Notes under the pieces: generated by a model
Seen by the model: only the letters and a program-made list of their open reading frames with translations
Database searches by the model: none
Told to the model about the DNA's origin: nothing
Assembly: GCA_050952645.1 (NCBI GenBank)
Contig: JBMNLI010000012.1
Coordinates: 290,835-354,834 of the forward strand
From: Bdellovibrionota bacterium
GTDB lineage: Bacteria > Bdellovibrionota_C > UBA2361 > CAKMMH01
Direction of reading: 5' to 3'
DNA: 64,000 bases
In this document: positions 51,378 to 62,700 of the stretch, piece by piece
Position numbering within the stretch: the first letter of the stretch is position 1
Layout of the letters: every line of letters starts with the position of its first letter
Made by a program: the position numbers and the translations under genes

Positions 51378-52262
51378 ATGACAGGAACTTTATATATTAT
51401 AGCAACTCCCATTGGTAATTTAGGCGATATTTCTTATAGAGCAATTGAAACATTAAAGCTAGTCGATATTATCGCTGCCGAAGATACTAGAAAATCTTTA
51501 ATATTATTAAATAAATATAATATTAAAAAACCCGTTTTTTCAAACCACAAATTTAATGAAGCTAGTAAATTAAAATTTTTTATAGACAAGCTACTTTTAG
51601 GCGAAAATATAGGTTTAATATCCGATGCAGGGATGCCTTGCATTTCAGACCCTGGGTATATTTTAGTAAAAGAGGCGATAGAAAATAATATCGCTACTAC
51701 TTGCGTGCCAGGTGCTAGTGCTAGCATTACTAGCGTTTCACTTTCAGGATTTGATACATCATCTTTTTCTTTTCTAGGATTTCTTCCAAGAGACAAAAAA
51801 GGACTTTTAAATATATTTAATAAAATTTCATTAGACACTTTAAATAATGTTTTTATTTTTTACGAATCACCTAAAAGAATTATAAAAACTATTGAGTTTT
51901 TAAATAATGAATTTCCAAATTTTTCTCTTTGTCTTTGCAACGATCTAACAAAAAAGTTTGAAAAAATTTATAGAGGCTCACCTAGTAAGATTTTAAATGA
52001 ACTTAAAGAAAATGAGGCTTTTGATAAAGGCGAATACGTTTTAGTTGTAAACACGAATATAGTTAAAAATAAAAATAATAACATTATAAAAGACGCCCCT
52101 TTAACAAATACCTTATCGATAGAAGCTCTCTTAGTAGATTATCTTATAAAAAATAAAAACGAAACTTTAAAAACTGCTATAAAAGAAGTGAACTCAAAAT
52201 ATAAAAATTTATCTAAAAATGAAATTTATAAAGCTTCCTTAAATTTAAAGAATATCCTTTAA
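51378..52262 (+). CDS. rsmI: 16S rRNA C1402 2'-O-methyltransferase
   Basis: ATPIGNLGD, AEDTR, SDAGMPCISDPG and YESPKR. Confidence 0.96.
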   Translation: MTGTLYIIATPIGNLGDISYRAIETLKLVDIIAAEDTRKSLILLNKYNIKKPVFSNHKFNEASKLKFFIDKLLLGENIGLISDAGMPCISDPGYILVKEAIENNIATTCVPGASASITSVSLSGFDTSSFSFLGFLPRDKKGLLNIFNKISLDTLNNVFIFYESPKRIIKTIEFLNNEFPNFSLCLCNDLTKKFEKIYRGSPSKILNELKENEAFDKGEYVLVVNTNIVKNKNNNIIKDAPLTNTLSIEALLVDYLIKNKNETLKTAIKEVNSKYKNLSKNEIYKASLNLKNIL

Positions 52263-54778
52263 ATTACGTTCTCATCTTCATCATCATATTCAGCGGCAAA
52301 AACCTCTCTTGGTTTTGCGCCGTCCATAGGACCGACTATCCCATTTCTTTCCATCATATCTATTATTCTAGCTGCTCTATTATATCCAATTCTAAACACT
52401 CGTTGTATCATTGAAGTAGAAGCTTGACCTTTTTGAATTACATACTCTACAGCCTTATCATACAATTCATCCTTATCTTCATCTTCTTCTATCTCTTCCC
52501 CATCCCCTCCTTCCGAAAGTCGTTCACACATTTTTATTATCTGTTCATCGTAGTTAGGTTTAGCCTGTTTTTTAATGCTATTTATTACCTTTATAACCTC
52601 TGCATCTGAAACGAATGCACCGTGAGCCCTTATATTTGTGCCGCCAGGTTGCATATAAAGCATATCTCCTTTTCCTAATAACTTTTCTGCACCGATAGTG
52701 TCAAGAATAGTTTTAGAATCGAAAATACTAGATACTCTAAATGAAATTCTTGCTGGAAAATTTGCTTTAATTAACCCAGTGATAACATCGACCGAGGGCC
52801 TTTGCGTAGCTAAAATCAAATGAATGCCAGCAGCACGTGCTTTTTGTGCTAGGCGTGTTATAGAGTCTTCTATTTCTTTTCCTACTGAAAACATTAAATC
52901 TGCAAGCTCATCTACCACTATAACTATTTTAGCTAGTGGCTTTATTTTTTCTCCCCTTGCATGATACTCATCTTCTTCTAATATATCGCTTTCAACGATT
53001 CCTTCTTCGATAACGTGTTCTTCCCTTAATTCTATATAATCTTTACTTTTAAATTCTCTTATTGGATTTTCAAGTCTAGTCTCTCCTCTAGCTATAGCAT
53101 TATAGCCATCGATATTTCTAACTCCATATTTATGCATTAACTTATAGCGTCTTTCCATTTCATCTATGGCCCAAAGAAAAACGGCTTGTGCTTGTTTAGC
53201 AGTAGTTACTACTGGAACTTTTAAGTGTGGAATGCCCTCATAGACGCTTAGCTCTAAAATCTTAGGATCGACTAAAATAAGTCCAAGCTCTGCTGGATTT
53301 GCCCTATATAGTAAGCTTATAAGTAGCGTATTGATAAAAACAGATTTTCCTGTTCCCGTAGCCCCAGCTATTAATAGATGTGGCATCGAGGCTATATCTG
53401 CAACCATCGCTCCGCCATATATATCTTTTCCAATAGGGACGGTTAAAATCGATTTTGCGTTTACAAATTCTTCACTTTCTAAAATATCTCTTAACCTAAC
53501 TAGATCTCTATTTTTATTTGGAACCTCTATTCCTACGGTTCCCTTTTTAGGAATAGGAGCTATAATTCTTATAGAGCTAGCCTTTAACCCCATTGCTAAA
53601 TCGCCGTGAAGTGAGGCTATTTTTCCTACCCTCACTCCAGGGGCAGGTTCAAACTCGAAAAGTGTAATCACGGGACCTAAATGAACCTCTTTTACATGGC
53701 CTTGAATTCCAAAATCTCTTAATTTTCTTTCTATTATTCTAGATTTTTCTACTAGCTCATCATCGTCTTCCTCATGTAGTCCTTCGATAGTCGTTTTCTT
53801 TAGTAATGATAAACTAGGTGGCACGTAATTTATAAATTTTTCATCATCACACCAAGCCATAGAAACTTTTTGAGCACTTCTTATAGCCTTATCCACCTCT
53901 TTTATAGACTTTTCATTATCTCTAGCATTTCCTCTCTTTACTAATATTTCAAAATCTTGAGATGCATCTTCCTCTTCTTCGTATTCTTCGTCATCATCAT
54001 ATTCTTTAGTAATTTTATTTCTTCTTCTTTTTGGTTTTGGTAGTTCTATTTCTTCTTCTAGTTCTTCTTTAGGATATAGAAATTTTACGTAATCTTTAAT
54101 TGGATAAAATATTTTTTGAAAGACACTTAAAATAAATGCGTAAGCATAATATGGAAAGACTAAAAATAAATATTTAAATGATGTTTTTAAAAAATTAAAA
54201 GAAATTTTTACAAGCTCTGCAAAAGTATAATTAAGTGAAAATCCAGCTAGGATAATACTAAAACAAAAAGTTAAAATTATAGAGCCAATTTCACCTATAT
54301 ATTTTGTAAGGAATCCACTTACGTTTTCTCCTATATCGCCTCCTGAGGTAGCGCCAAAGGTTAGCGATGTAAATGCTGCTAAGCAAACTATACTTAAAAC
54401 TAAAGATATAAATCTTATTTCAAACTTATATTTAGGGGTTTCATCCTTCTTCTTGTTTTTTTTTGTCAATGTGTTTGCATTAAAATAGATAGCGACAACG
54501 AAGCATAAAACTATTGATAGAGATGACCAGCCTAGGCTTCCTCTTAGAAGAGTGCCTATAAATTGCCCTAAAGGCCCCATTAAATTTTTAGTTTTTTCAT
54601 CAATTTCAAGTGGTTGCCAAGATACTATACTACAAACTAAAAAAATCGTTATTATAGTCAAAATAAATATTAAAAACTCAATGCTAAAATTTTTTGTAGG
54701 AGCTTTTTCCTTATTTTTTATAGATGTTTTAACCCCTTGGCTTTTTTCTCTACTTGTCGACCTTCTTTTTTTTGCCAT
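52259..54778 (-). CDS. ftsK: DNA translocase FtsK
   Basis: N-terminal TMs; MPHLLIAGATGTGKS, DELADLM, ATQRPSVDV; gamma domain IGYNRAARI. Confidence 0.97.
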   Translation of the reverse strand: MAKKRRSTSREKSQGVKTSIKNKEKAPTKNFSIEFLIFILTIITIFLVCSIVSWQPLEIDEKTKNLMGPLGQFIGTLLRGSLGWSSLSIVLCFVVAIYFNANTLTKKNKKKDETPKYKFEIRFISLVLSIVCLAAFTSLTFGATSGGDIGENVSGFLTKYIGEIGSIILTFCFSIILAGFSLNYTFAELVKISFNFLKTSFKYLFLVFPYYAYAFILSVFQKIFYPIKDYVKFLYPKEELEEEIELPKPKRRRNKITKEYDDDEEYEEEEDASQDFEILVKRGNARDNEKSIKEVDKAIRSAQKVSMAWCDDEKFINYVPPSLSLLKKTTIEGLHEEDDDELVEKSRIIERKLRDFGIQGHVKEVHLGPVITLFEFEPAPGVRVGKIASLHGDLAMGLKASSIRIIAPIPKKGTVGIEVPNKNRDLVRLRDILESEEFVNAKSILTVPIGKDIYGGAMVADIASMPHLLIAGATGTGKSVFINTLLISLLYRANPAELGLILVDPKILELSVYEGIPHLKVPVVTTAKQAQAVFLWAIDEMERRYKLMHKYGVRNIDGYNAIARGETRLENPIREFKSKDYIELREEHVIEEGIVESDILEEDEYHARGEKIKPLAKIVIVVDELADLMFSVGKEIEDSITRLAQKARAAGIHLILATQRPSVDVITGLIKANFPARISFRVSSIFDSKTILDTIGAEKLLGKGDMLYMQPGGTNIRAHGAFVSDAEVIKVINSIKKQAKPNYDEQIIKMCERLSEGGDGEEIEEDEDKDELYDKAVEYVIQKGQASTSMIQRVFRIGYNRAARIIDMMERNGIVGPMDGAKPREVFAAEYDDEDENVI

Positions 54779-54970
54779 ATATTGCTATTTCCCAACAAAC
54801 TAAAAAGACTTTAATTTTTATAACTAAGATCTTTAGTTGTTATAATAAATCAAGTATAAAAACATTAAAAGACCTTAAAATTAATTTATAAAATAATAAA
54901 AAAAAACTTACTTTACCTATTGATTTATATGTTAATTATAGGTTAGATATTTATATGTGAAAAATGCTTT

Positions 54971-55058
54971 GGAGTTCTTTCACAACTGATTGTATAAATA
55001 AATTATATATAAAATTTTAAATATGAACTAAATATGAAATTTGTTGTGAAAGAACTCC
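54971..55058. repeat. Perfect 16-bp inverted repeat with 56-bp spacer
   Basis: ggagttctttcacaac (54971-54986) / gttgtgaaagaactcc (55043-55058). Confidence 0.9.
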
Positions 55059-55125
55059 GATATAGTTTGAAGTTTAAAACTATATTATTGATTATTATAT
55101 TTTTAATTTTAAGGAGAATTGTAAA

Positions 55126-55635
55126 ATGGCATCAAGTGCAAATGATAAATTAGTTTCAGCGTTATCACAATTAGCGGAAGCATACGCAGAACTGCAAGAA
55201 GAGTTAGAAGAAAGACTAACTACTAAGGACAATGAGGAAGAAGAAGATTTCGATAGTCAAGAAATAGATGATGAAGATGCATTAGCCGAGGAAGTTGATG
55301 CAGCGATGATTGCTGAGTTAAAATTAGCTATCGATAGCGTTATAGACACTGACGATGTAGCAACAGAGGAATTTGCGGTGATTTTTTCAGCTCTAGTTGA
55401 TGCATTAGAAGAAATAGATCCTGATTGTTTTTCAGACATGGAGCTCATCAACGAATATGAAAGAAGCGGTGGTGCTTCTATCGAGTTAAACGATTATGAC
55501 GATAGTGATGATGAGGACTACGACGAAGATGATGATGATGATTATGACGCTTGGGGCGATGATGATGACGATGATGACTACGATGAAGACTATGATGATT
55601 GGGATGATGATGACGACGACGATGATGAAAGATAA
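55126..55635 (+). CDS. Extremely acidic hypothetical protein
   Basis: AAGGAG RBS; helical N-terminal half; poly-Asp tail with interspersed Y and W. Confidence 0.85.
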   Translation: MASSANDKLVSALSQLAEAYAELQEELEERLTTKDNEEEEDFDSQEIDDEDALAEEVDAAMIAELKLAIDSVIDTDDVATEEFAVIFSALVDALEEIDPDCFSDMELINEYERSGGASIELNDYDDSDDEDYDEDDDDDYDAWGDDDDDDDYDEDYDDWDDDDDDDDER

Positions 55636-55711
55636 AAAATAAAAAATATTTTTTAGTGCTTTTTATCAAAGACAATCATTAAATAATCGTTAAATTATAA
55701 TCATTAAAAGT

Positions 55712-55758
55712 AGAGTTCTTTTTAAGATTTTAAAATTAAAAAGAACTCTTTTTTTTTT
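55712..55758 (+). terminator. Terminator between convergent genes
   Basis: agagttcttttta ... taaaaagaactct followed by a T-run. Confidence 0.7.
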
Positions 55759-55823
55759 CTTAAACTTTTTTCTTAAAGTTTTTTCTTTAAATCAATCTTT
55801 CTTATATATTTTTTTATATTTCT

Positions 55824-57128
55824 TTAATATCTATAAAACTTGGGCTTATAGGGGCCTTCTACGGGAACTCCAATGTAATCTGCTTGTTTTTTTGTAAGTT
55901 TAGTTAAATGAACTCCAAGTTTATCTAAGTGCAATCTTGCTACTTTTTCGTCTAAAATTTTTGGTAGCATATAGACGCCAACAGGGTATTTTCCTCTCTT
56001 AGTGTATAGTTCTATTTGAGCTAAAACTTGGTTAGTAAAAGATGCAGACATGACAAAGCTAGGGTGCCCAGTTGCGCATCCTAAATTAACTAGTCTCCCT
56101 CTAGCAAGAACTACTACTGCTTTTCCACTTGGAAACACGAACTTATCTACTTGCGGTTTTATATTTATTTCTTTTATATTTTTATTAGTCTCTAAATAAT
56201 GCATATCTATTTCATTATCGAAGTGTCCGATGTTGCATACTATCGCCTCATCTTTCATAACCTCAAAATGTTCTTTTCTTATAATCTTTGTATTTCCCGT
56301 TGCAGTAACGAAAATATTTGCTATAGGTGATGCCTCTTCCATAGTCACTACTTCGTAGCCTTCCATAGCGGCTTGAAGAGCGATTATAGGGTCAATCTCA
56401 GTAATAAGAACACGCGCCCCATAGCTTCTCATAGATTGAGCACAACCTTTCCCAACATCGCCATAGCCTGCAATACAAACCACTTTACCTGCAACCATAA
56501 TATCTGTTGCTCTTTTTATTCCGTCTGCTAAAGATTCTCGACAACCATACAAGTTATCGAACTTTGACTTAGTAACCGAATCGTTTACATTAAATGCTGG
56601 AACTTTCAATTCGCCTTTTTCATGCATTTGGTATAGTCTATGCACCCCAGTTGTGGTTTCCTCAGAAATACCGTAAATATCTTTTAGAAGTTTTGGATAT
56701 TTTTTATGAATCATAAGTGTAAGGTCGCCTCCATCATCTAAGATCATATTAGGACCTTTTCCGTCTGAAAATATTAGCGTTTGTTCTATACACCAATCGT
56801 ATTCTTCTAGCGTCTCTCCTTTCCAAGCAAAAATAGGAACTTTATTTTTAGCAAGCGCAGCGGCTGCGTGATCTTGAGTTGAGTATATATTGCAACTAGA
56901 CCAGCGAACTTCTGCCCCAAGAGCTAGAAGAGTTTCTATAAGCACAGCAGTTTGAATTGTAGCATGGAGACAGCCTGCTATTTTAGCTCCTTTTAATGGT
57001 TTAAGTTTTCCATATTCCTTTCTTAAAGCCATAAGTCCTGGCATTTCTTTTTCTGCTATTATGATTTCTTTTCTTCCCCAATCGGCTAGAGCGATATCTT
57101 TAATTTTAAAATCTGTAAAATTACTCAT
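55824..57128 (-). CDS. ahcY: Adenosylhomocysteinase
   Basis: [40 protein letters not shown] and GHPSFVMS. Confidence 0.98.
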   Translation of the reverse strand: MSNFTDFKIKDIALADWGRKEIIIAEKEMPGLMALRKEYGKLKPLKGAKIAGCLHATIQTAVLIETLLALGAEVRWSSCNIYSTQDHAAAALAKNKVPIFAWKGETLEEYDWCIEQTLIFSDGKGPNMILDDGGDLTLMIHKKYPKLLKDIYGISEETTTGVHRLYQMHEKGELKVPAFNVNDSVTKSKFDNLYGCRESLADGIKRATDIMVAGKVVCIAGYGDVGKGCAQSMRSYGARVLITEIDPIIALQAAMEGYEVVTMEEASPIANIFVTATGNTKIIRKEHFEVMKDEAIVCNIGHFDNEIDMHYLETNKNIKEINIKPQVDKFVFPSGKAVVVLARGRLVNLGCATGHPSFVMSASFTNQVLAQIELYTKRGKYPVGVYMLPKILDEKVARLHLDKLGVHLTKLTKKQADYIGVPVEGPYKPKFYRY

Positions 57129-57348
57129 ATTAAACCTTTCTTCCCTATAAAAATTTAAATTATTTTAATTTGCTTTATTTAATTTTATCTTATTTAAATC
57201 TACCTTATTAAAATTTAATTGATACTAATACGTAAGTCGATTATATATAAAATAAGAATTTTTAGCACTAATATATAAAAAACTAAACTAGAAACTTAAT
57301 TTTATTTATTTTAAAGTTTTATTCTACTTCTTTATCTTATCTCTTATT

Positions 57349-58938
57349 TTATTTCTTATCTTCGTTTATTTTTTCGTTTATTTCTTCTTTCTCATGTTTT
57401 TCCTTTGTTTCTTTTTTTATTACATCTTCTTTCGTTTTATTTTCAATTTTGTAAATAAGATATCTACTATTTTTTCCTCTCTTAACTAGGATTAAAAAAG
57501 GCTTATCTTCTTTTAAATTATTTACTATCAGTTTTACATCGTTTAAAGTTTTAACTTTTTTTCCTGCCATTTCTTTTATCAAATCACCTCTTTGAATTCC
57601 TGAGTCAAGGTAGGCTACATCTTCATCGATATCTACAACTAGCACCCCCTCACCGTTATCATCTATTTGTAGGATATCGACAAGCTTTTTATTTATTTCT
57701 TTTAGCAAAAGACCTAAGGTATAATCCTCTTTTTTCGGCTCATTTTTCTTATCTTCTTTTGTAGCTTTTTCAAAATCAAACTTATCTATCTTTACAAGTT
57801 TTTTAATTATCACGCCATCTCTTATCAACTCTAGTTCATATTCTTTTCCTAATGGCACTTCAGAAACTCTAAGTGATAGCTCTCCAAAATCGTTTATATC
57901 GTAATTATTAAATTTTATAATTACATCTCCTGCCCTTATACCTATTTTTTCAGCGACCGAACCTTTTAGGATATCTGCTACTAGTGCTCCTTTTATTTTA
58001 GGAAGATTTAAAGCCTCTTTTACTTCCTCATCGACTTGCTGGATAATTACACCTAATGCCCCTCTTTCTACTTTTCCTTGTTCTTTTAATTGGTTTATAA
58101 TTTTTTTAACTCGATTTATAGGCGTAGAAAACCCGATCCCTATATTAAATCCAGCTCCACCAAACCTTGATGGACTAAAAATAGCAGTATTCACTCCTAC
58201 GACTTGTCCTTTAGAATTTAAAAGTGGACCTCCGCTACTTCCAGGGTTTATTGAAGCATCTGTCTGTATGTAATTAGCAAATGGCGAAGCTTGTATTCCT
58301 TGCACTTGTCTTGAAACGGCAGAAACAATGCCTGCAGTTACGGTTTGTCCTAGTTGAAATTGGTTTCCAATAGCCACTACCCATTCTCCAACATTTAATT
58401 TATCAGAATCACCTAAATATAAAAAATTAAAGTCCTTTCTATCGCTCTTAATTTTCAGCAATGCTATATCTATTTGTGGGTCTTGCCCTAAAAGAGTAGC
58501 TTTATAAGGTGTTAAATCACCATCGAAACGAACGACTATATCTTCCATTTTATCTACTACGTGGCTATTAGTTAAAACGTATCCATCTTTACTTATTATA
58601 AAGCCTGAACCTAGAGAGGTTATTTTTATTTCATTATCTTTTAGTTTTTTGCCTTTATCATCTTTTTTAGTCAATTTTCCAGAGATATTAACTACCGCTT
58701 TTTCAGATATTTTAGCAAGCATACTAAAATCTTGTCTTTTTCTTAATTTTTTATATCTATTTTGCCGAGAATTTAGCCCTTGGTGTGTGCTTTCAGTAAA
58801 AATCTCATCTGCAAAGGCGCTATTTATATATAAATCATTAAAACTATATAAATTAGCGACATTTAGAGCTAATAAGAAAATAACTACAAAGAAAACAGCA
58901 AAAAAGAAAAATAGCGATATTTTTGTTATGTATTTCAT
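57349..58938 (-). CDS. degP: HtrA/DegP-family serine protease with two PDZ domains
   Basis: GSGFII, LTNSHV, DIALLK and INPGSSGGPL. Confidence 0.92.
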   Translation of the reverse strand: MKYITKISLFFFFAVFFVVIFLLALNVANLYSFNDLYINSAFADEIFTESTHQGLNSRQNRYKKLRKRQDFSMLAKISEKAVVNISGKLTKKDDKGKKLKDNEIKITSLGSGFIISKDGYVLTNSHVVDKMEDIVVRFDGDLTPYKATLLGQDPQIDIALLKIKSDRKDFNFLYLGDSDKLNVGEWVVAIGNQFQLGQTVTAGIVSAVSRQVQGIQASPFANYIQTDASINPGSSGGPLLNSKGQVVGVNTAIFSPSRFGGAGFNIGIGFSTPINRVKKIINQLKEQGKVERGALGVIIQQVDEEVKEALNLPKIKGALVADILKGSVAEKIGIRAGDVIIKFNNYDINDFGELSLRVSEVPLGKEYELELIRDGVIIKKLVKIDKFDFEKATKEDKKNEPKKEDYTLGLLLKEINKKLVDILQIDDNGEGVLVVDIDEDVAYLDSGIQRGDLIKEMAGKKVKTLNDVKLIVNNLKEDKPFLILVKRGKNSRYLIYKIENKTKEDVIKKETKEKHEKEEINEKINEDKK

Positions 58939-59163
58939 AAAATTTCCTAAAAAACTTAAAAATCAAATGCTTATATGTTAATAATGTTTTTTATATTTGT
59001 AAACTTAAAAAGAAATATAATTGTTTTTTAGAAGCATTTTAGTAAAATAGTAAGAATATTAAATAAGCTTAAGTTTATAACAAAATTAAGCGATATTTAA
59101 TATACAACACTGGAGTTAAGTTATCTTAACAAAAAAATGTTTTAATTTTTTAGGATTTTTAAT

Positions 59164-59562
59164 ATGTTAACGAATATAAAATCAATATATGAAAAATGCG
59201 GAAGATACCTAGGGGCGATGAAGGTAGCTCCTACTAAAAAGCAGATGCAAATCTGCCTTTTTATCTTTGGTATCGTTCTATTAACTACTGGATTAGGATT
59301 AGAAGCTATGGCTCAGGCAAGGGCATTAGGTGGCACTATTGATGCGAGCCGAATAAATTCAGCTTCAGATGCGTTAATGATGGCTATTAGAGGACCTTTT
59401 GGAGCTTTAATAATGATTATCGCTGGACTTTTTGCGATAGTAATGGCCGCAATGGGACAATATAAAATTGCTATGTCGCTCCTAGTTATCTCACTAGGGT
59501 CGTTTATCTTGCGTTCAATAATAATTACATTCTTTAACGCAGATAACCTAATTAACGTGTAA
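59164..59562 (+). CDS. Conjugative-type pilin-like protein (TraA/TrbC/VirB2-like)
   Basis: Long leader ending AMA-Q, then an amphipathic helix and two hydrophobic helices separated by a short basic loop (GQYK). Confidence 0.6.
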   Translation: MLTNIKSIYEKCGRYLGAMKVAPTKKQMQICLFIFGIVLLTTGLGLEAMAQARALGGTIDASRINSASDALMMAIRGPFGALIMIIAGLFAIVMAAMGQYKIAMSLLVISLGSFILRSIIITFFNADNLINV

Positions 59563-59583
59563 AAAATTAATAATTTTTTTAAG

Positions 59584-59626
59584 AGCTGCATTTTATTTAT
59601 TATTTAAATAGGATGCAGCTTTTTTT
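59584..59626 (+). terminator. Rho-independent terminator after the pilin-like gene
   Basis: agctgcattttattta ... taaataggatgcagct followed by a T-run. Confidence 0.85.
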
Positions 59627-59746
59627 ATCTTCTTTATTTTGCCCCTCTTTATCTTTGCTTAATACAAAAAAATAACATCTATTATAATTTAAAGGGGTTA
59701 ATGTTTTTTTAATAAATTAAGTTTAACTTTGATTTAGGTTTTTAAA

Positions 59747-62700
59747 TTACTTTTCTAACATTTCTTCGACTTCTCCTTCTCTTTTAATTTCGATAATTTT
59801 TTTCATTCCATCTTTTCCAAGCTTTCCTAATAGTTCTTTAAATATTCCATTTACTTTTATAAGTTTCTTAAGAGATGGAGAGAGAGATATTAAAAATTCG
59901 CTAAGTTCATTTTTCTTTTCTTCTAATTCGTCTTGATGACAAAAAAGGATTTGTAAAAGTAAAAGCGTTAAAAACATTCTAGTTTCGTAAATTCTTAATT
60001 TTAAAAGTTTTTGAAACGCTTTCTTTTTATTTAGCTTTCTAAATCGATTAAATCTTTTCTTGTATAAAAGATTAAACACATCTTTTAAATTATTTTTGTC
60101 TATTTTTACATTTTCTCCTACTAATCTTTTTTTAATATCATCACTTAAATTTATATTTAACTTATTAAACATTATTAGTAAATTTATAGTTTCAATCGTA
60201 TTTCTTAAAATAAGCTTTCTATCAAACCCTATATCACTATTTCTAGTCCTTAAATTTTTATTATTATTTTTTGTTTTAATCTTATTTATATACTTTATTA
60301 AACTTTCATTTTCTATTGAAACGTTAGAAAATATAGTTTCTATTAGTTTTATTTCATTATTTGTAAAATCGCTAATTACACTTTTACTAGAATTATCACT
60401 TAAGCTTTCACTTAGTAAATAATCGGCGCTATCAAGCCCTAAAGCGACGCTTTCTTTAATATTTTCGCTAGGGTTAATATTACTTAAATTATAATCTCTA
60501 TTATTATCGCTTAAATGCGTCGTTAAGTTAAAGTTATTATCTATATTTTCAGTTAAATTATTAGTAGTAATATTATTAGTGTTAAAACTAGTGCTTTCAT
60601 TTGGCGTAGCAAGAAAATCTTCAACTCTAACTTTGTTAGGAGCATTTAGTTTATTTTGTATCACCCTTTCACCATTTAAATCTTTTCTAGTTTGAGTATT
60701 AGTTTTATCTTGATAGGAATATTTGCTATTGTATTTTTCTAATATTTCTAATTTCTTAAAACCATTTTCAAACTTTTCGATATCGTCTTTTATACCGTTT
60801 AGCAAGGCTATTAAGTCGCTATCATTTTTATTAGAGTATAGCTTTGCTATATTTTCTAAATTATCTTTCAAAAGAAGTGTATTGTTTAAAATAGCTTCTT
60901 TTTTTTCATTTAAGATATTATCTATATTATTTTTAGTTTCATCTCGTTTACTTTCTTCATTTATATCTTCATTTATTTTTTCATTATTATCTTCTTTTCT
61001 TTGTCCTATTTGTTTTTGTAAAGATGCACTTAACACAAGGTTGTTATTAGTTTTTTTATTTTCTACACTACTACTAGTTTTATATATTTTGTTAGAAGAG
61101 GTAATAATTTTATCTCTATTAGTTTCATCATTATTATTATTATTTTTATTATCATTATTTTTATTATCATTATTTTTATTATCATTATTTTTATTATCAT
61201 TATTTTTATTATCATTATTTGTAGTTTTATTTAATATTATAAAGAATTTTTCCTTAACTCTATTATTGTAAGTAGTATTATCAAAGGATAGAGCATCGAT
61301 AAACTCTAAAATGGCATCTTTTACATTTTCGTTATTATTACTAATAATTTCGATATCGTTTAGTGTTTCATCTATTGAAGCGTTATTTTTTAACACATTT
61401 ATAATACTATTAGCTACTTTATCTACCTTTTCACTATTAGCTTCAATATTATTATTATCTAAAATTTTATTTATAGATTTATTTATAAATAGAAAGAAGC
61501 TTACTACTATTCTTTCTTTTTCTTCATTTATTAAAGTATTAAACTCATCTTTATTTTTTGCATTAAGTGCTTCTTCTATAAAAATATTATCTTCGACCTC
61601 TTCGTTTGCATAATTTTTAGTTATTTTTCTTAAGCTAGAAACTAAAGATACTATGTCATCGTAGTCGATATTTAGCAAAAGATTATATAAGTAGCGTGGT
61701 TTCTTTAAAAGAAGAGCAAACGATGCACCATGTTTTTTAAGTATCGCATCTTCATTCTCATTTAGCAAAGCAGATTTTTGAAGAACTAAGCTTTCTTTAG
61801 CTTCTTTCCTTTTAGCTTCTTTACTTGCTAAGTAAGCTTTTAAGAACTTTTGCAATTCTTCATCACTCGAATTATTTAAGATAAAGTCAGATACAGCCTT
61901 TGCTTCTTTATTAAAATCATTAAGCTTATTATAAAGCGTTAAGAGTGGCGATTCTCCTTCTTGGGTTTCTTTCCTTTTAGCTTCTTTACTTGCTAAGTAA
62001 GCTTTTAAGAAATCTCTTAATTCTTCATTACTCGAATTATTTAAGATAGAGCCAAGTAGATCCCTTGCTTCTTCAGTTGAATTTTTAAAATTTTTATAAA
62101 GCGTTAAGAGTTGCGATTCTTCTTTGTTTGCTTTCCTTTTAGCTTCTTTACTTGCTAAGTAAACTTTTAAGAAATCTCTTAATTCTTCATTACTCGAATT
62201 ATTTAAGATAGAGTCAAGTAGATCCTTGCTTCTTCAGTTGAGTTTTTAAAATTTTTATAAAGCGTTAAGAGTTGCGATTCTTCTTTGTTTGCTTTCCTTT
62301 TAGCTTCTTTACTTGCTAAGTAAGCTTTTAAGAAATCTCTTAATTCTTCATTACTCGAATTATTTAAGATAGAGCCAAGTAGATCCCTTGCTTCTTCAGT
62401 TGAATTTTTAAAATTTTTATAAAGCGTTAAGAGTTGCGATTCTTCTTTGTTTGCTTTCCTTTTAGTTCTTTCCTTTTAGCTTCTTTACTTGCTAAGTAAG
62501 CTTTTAAGAAATCTCTTAATTCTTCATTACTCGAATTATTTAAGATAGAGCCAAGTAGATCCCTTGCTTCTTCAGTTGAATTTTTAAAATTTTTATAAAG
62601 CGTTAAGAGTTGCGATTCTTCTTTGTTTGCTTTCCTTTTAGCTTCTTTACTTGCTAAGTAAACTTTTAAGAAATCTCTTAATTCTTCATTACTCGAATTA

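Noticed and set aside
57130..57345. SAH riboswitch upstream of ahcY
   Set aside because: The region is almost pure A/T with no matching structure visible.
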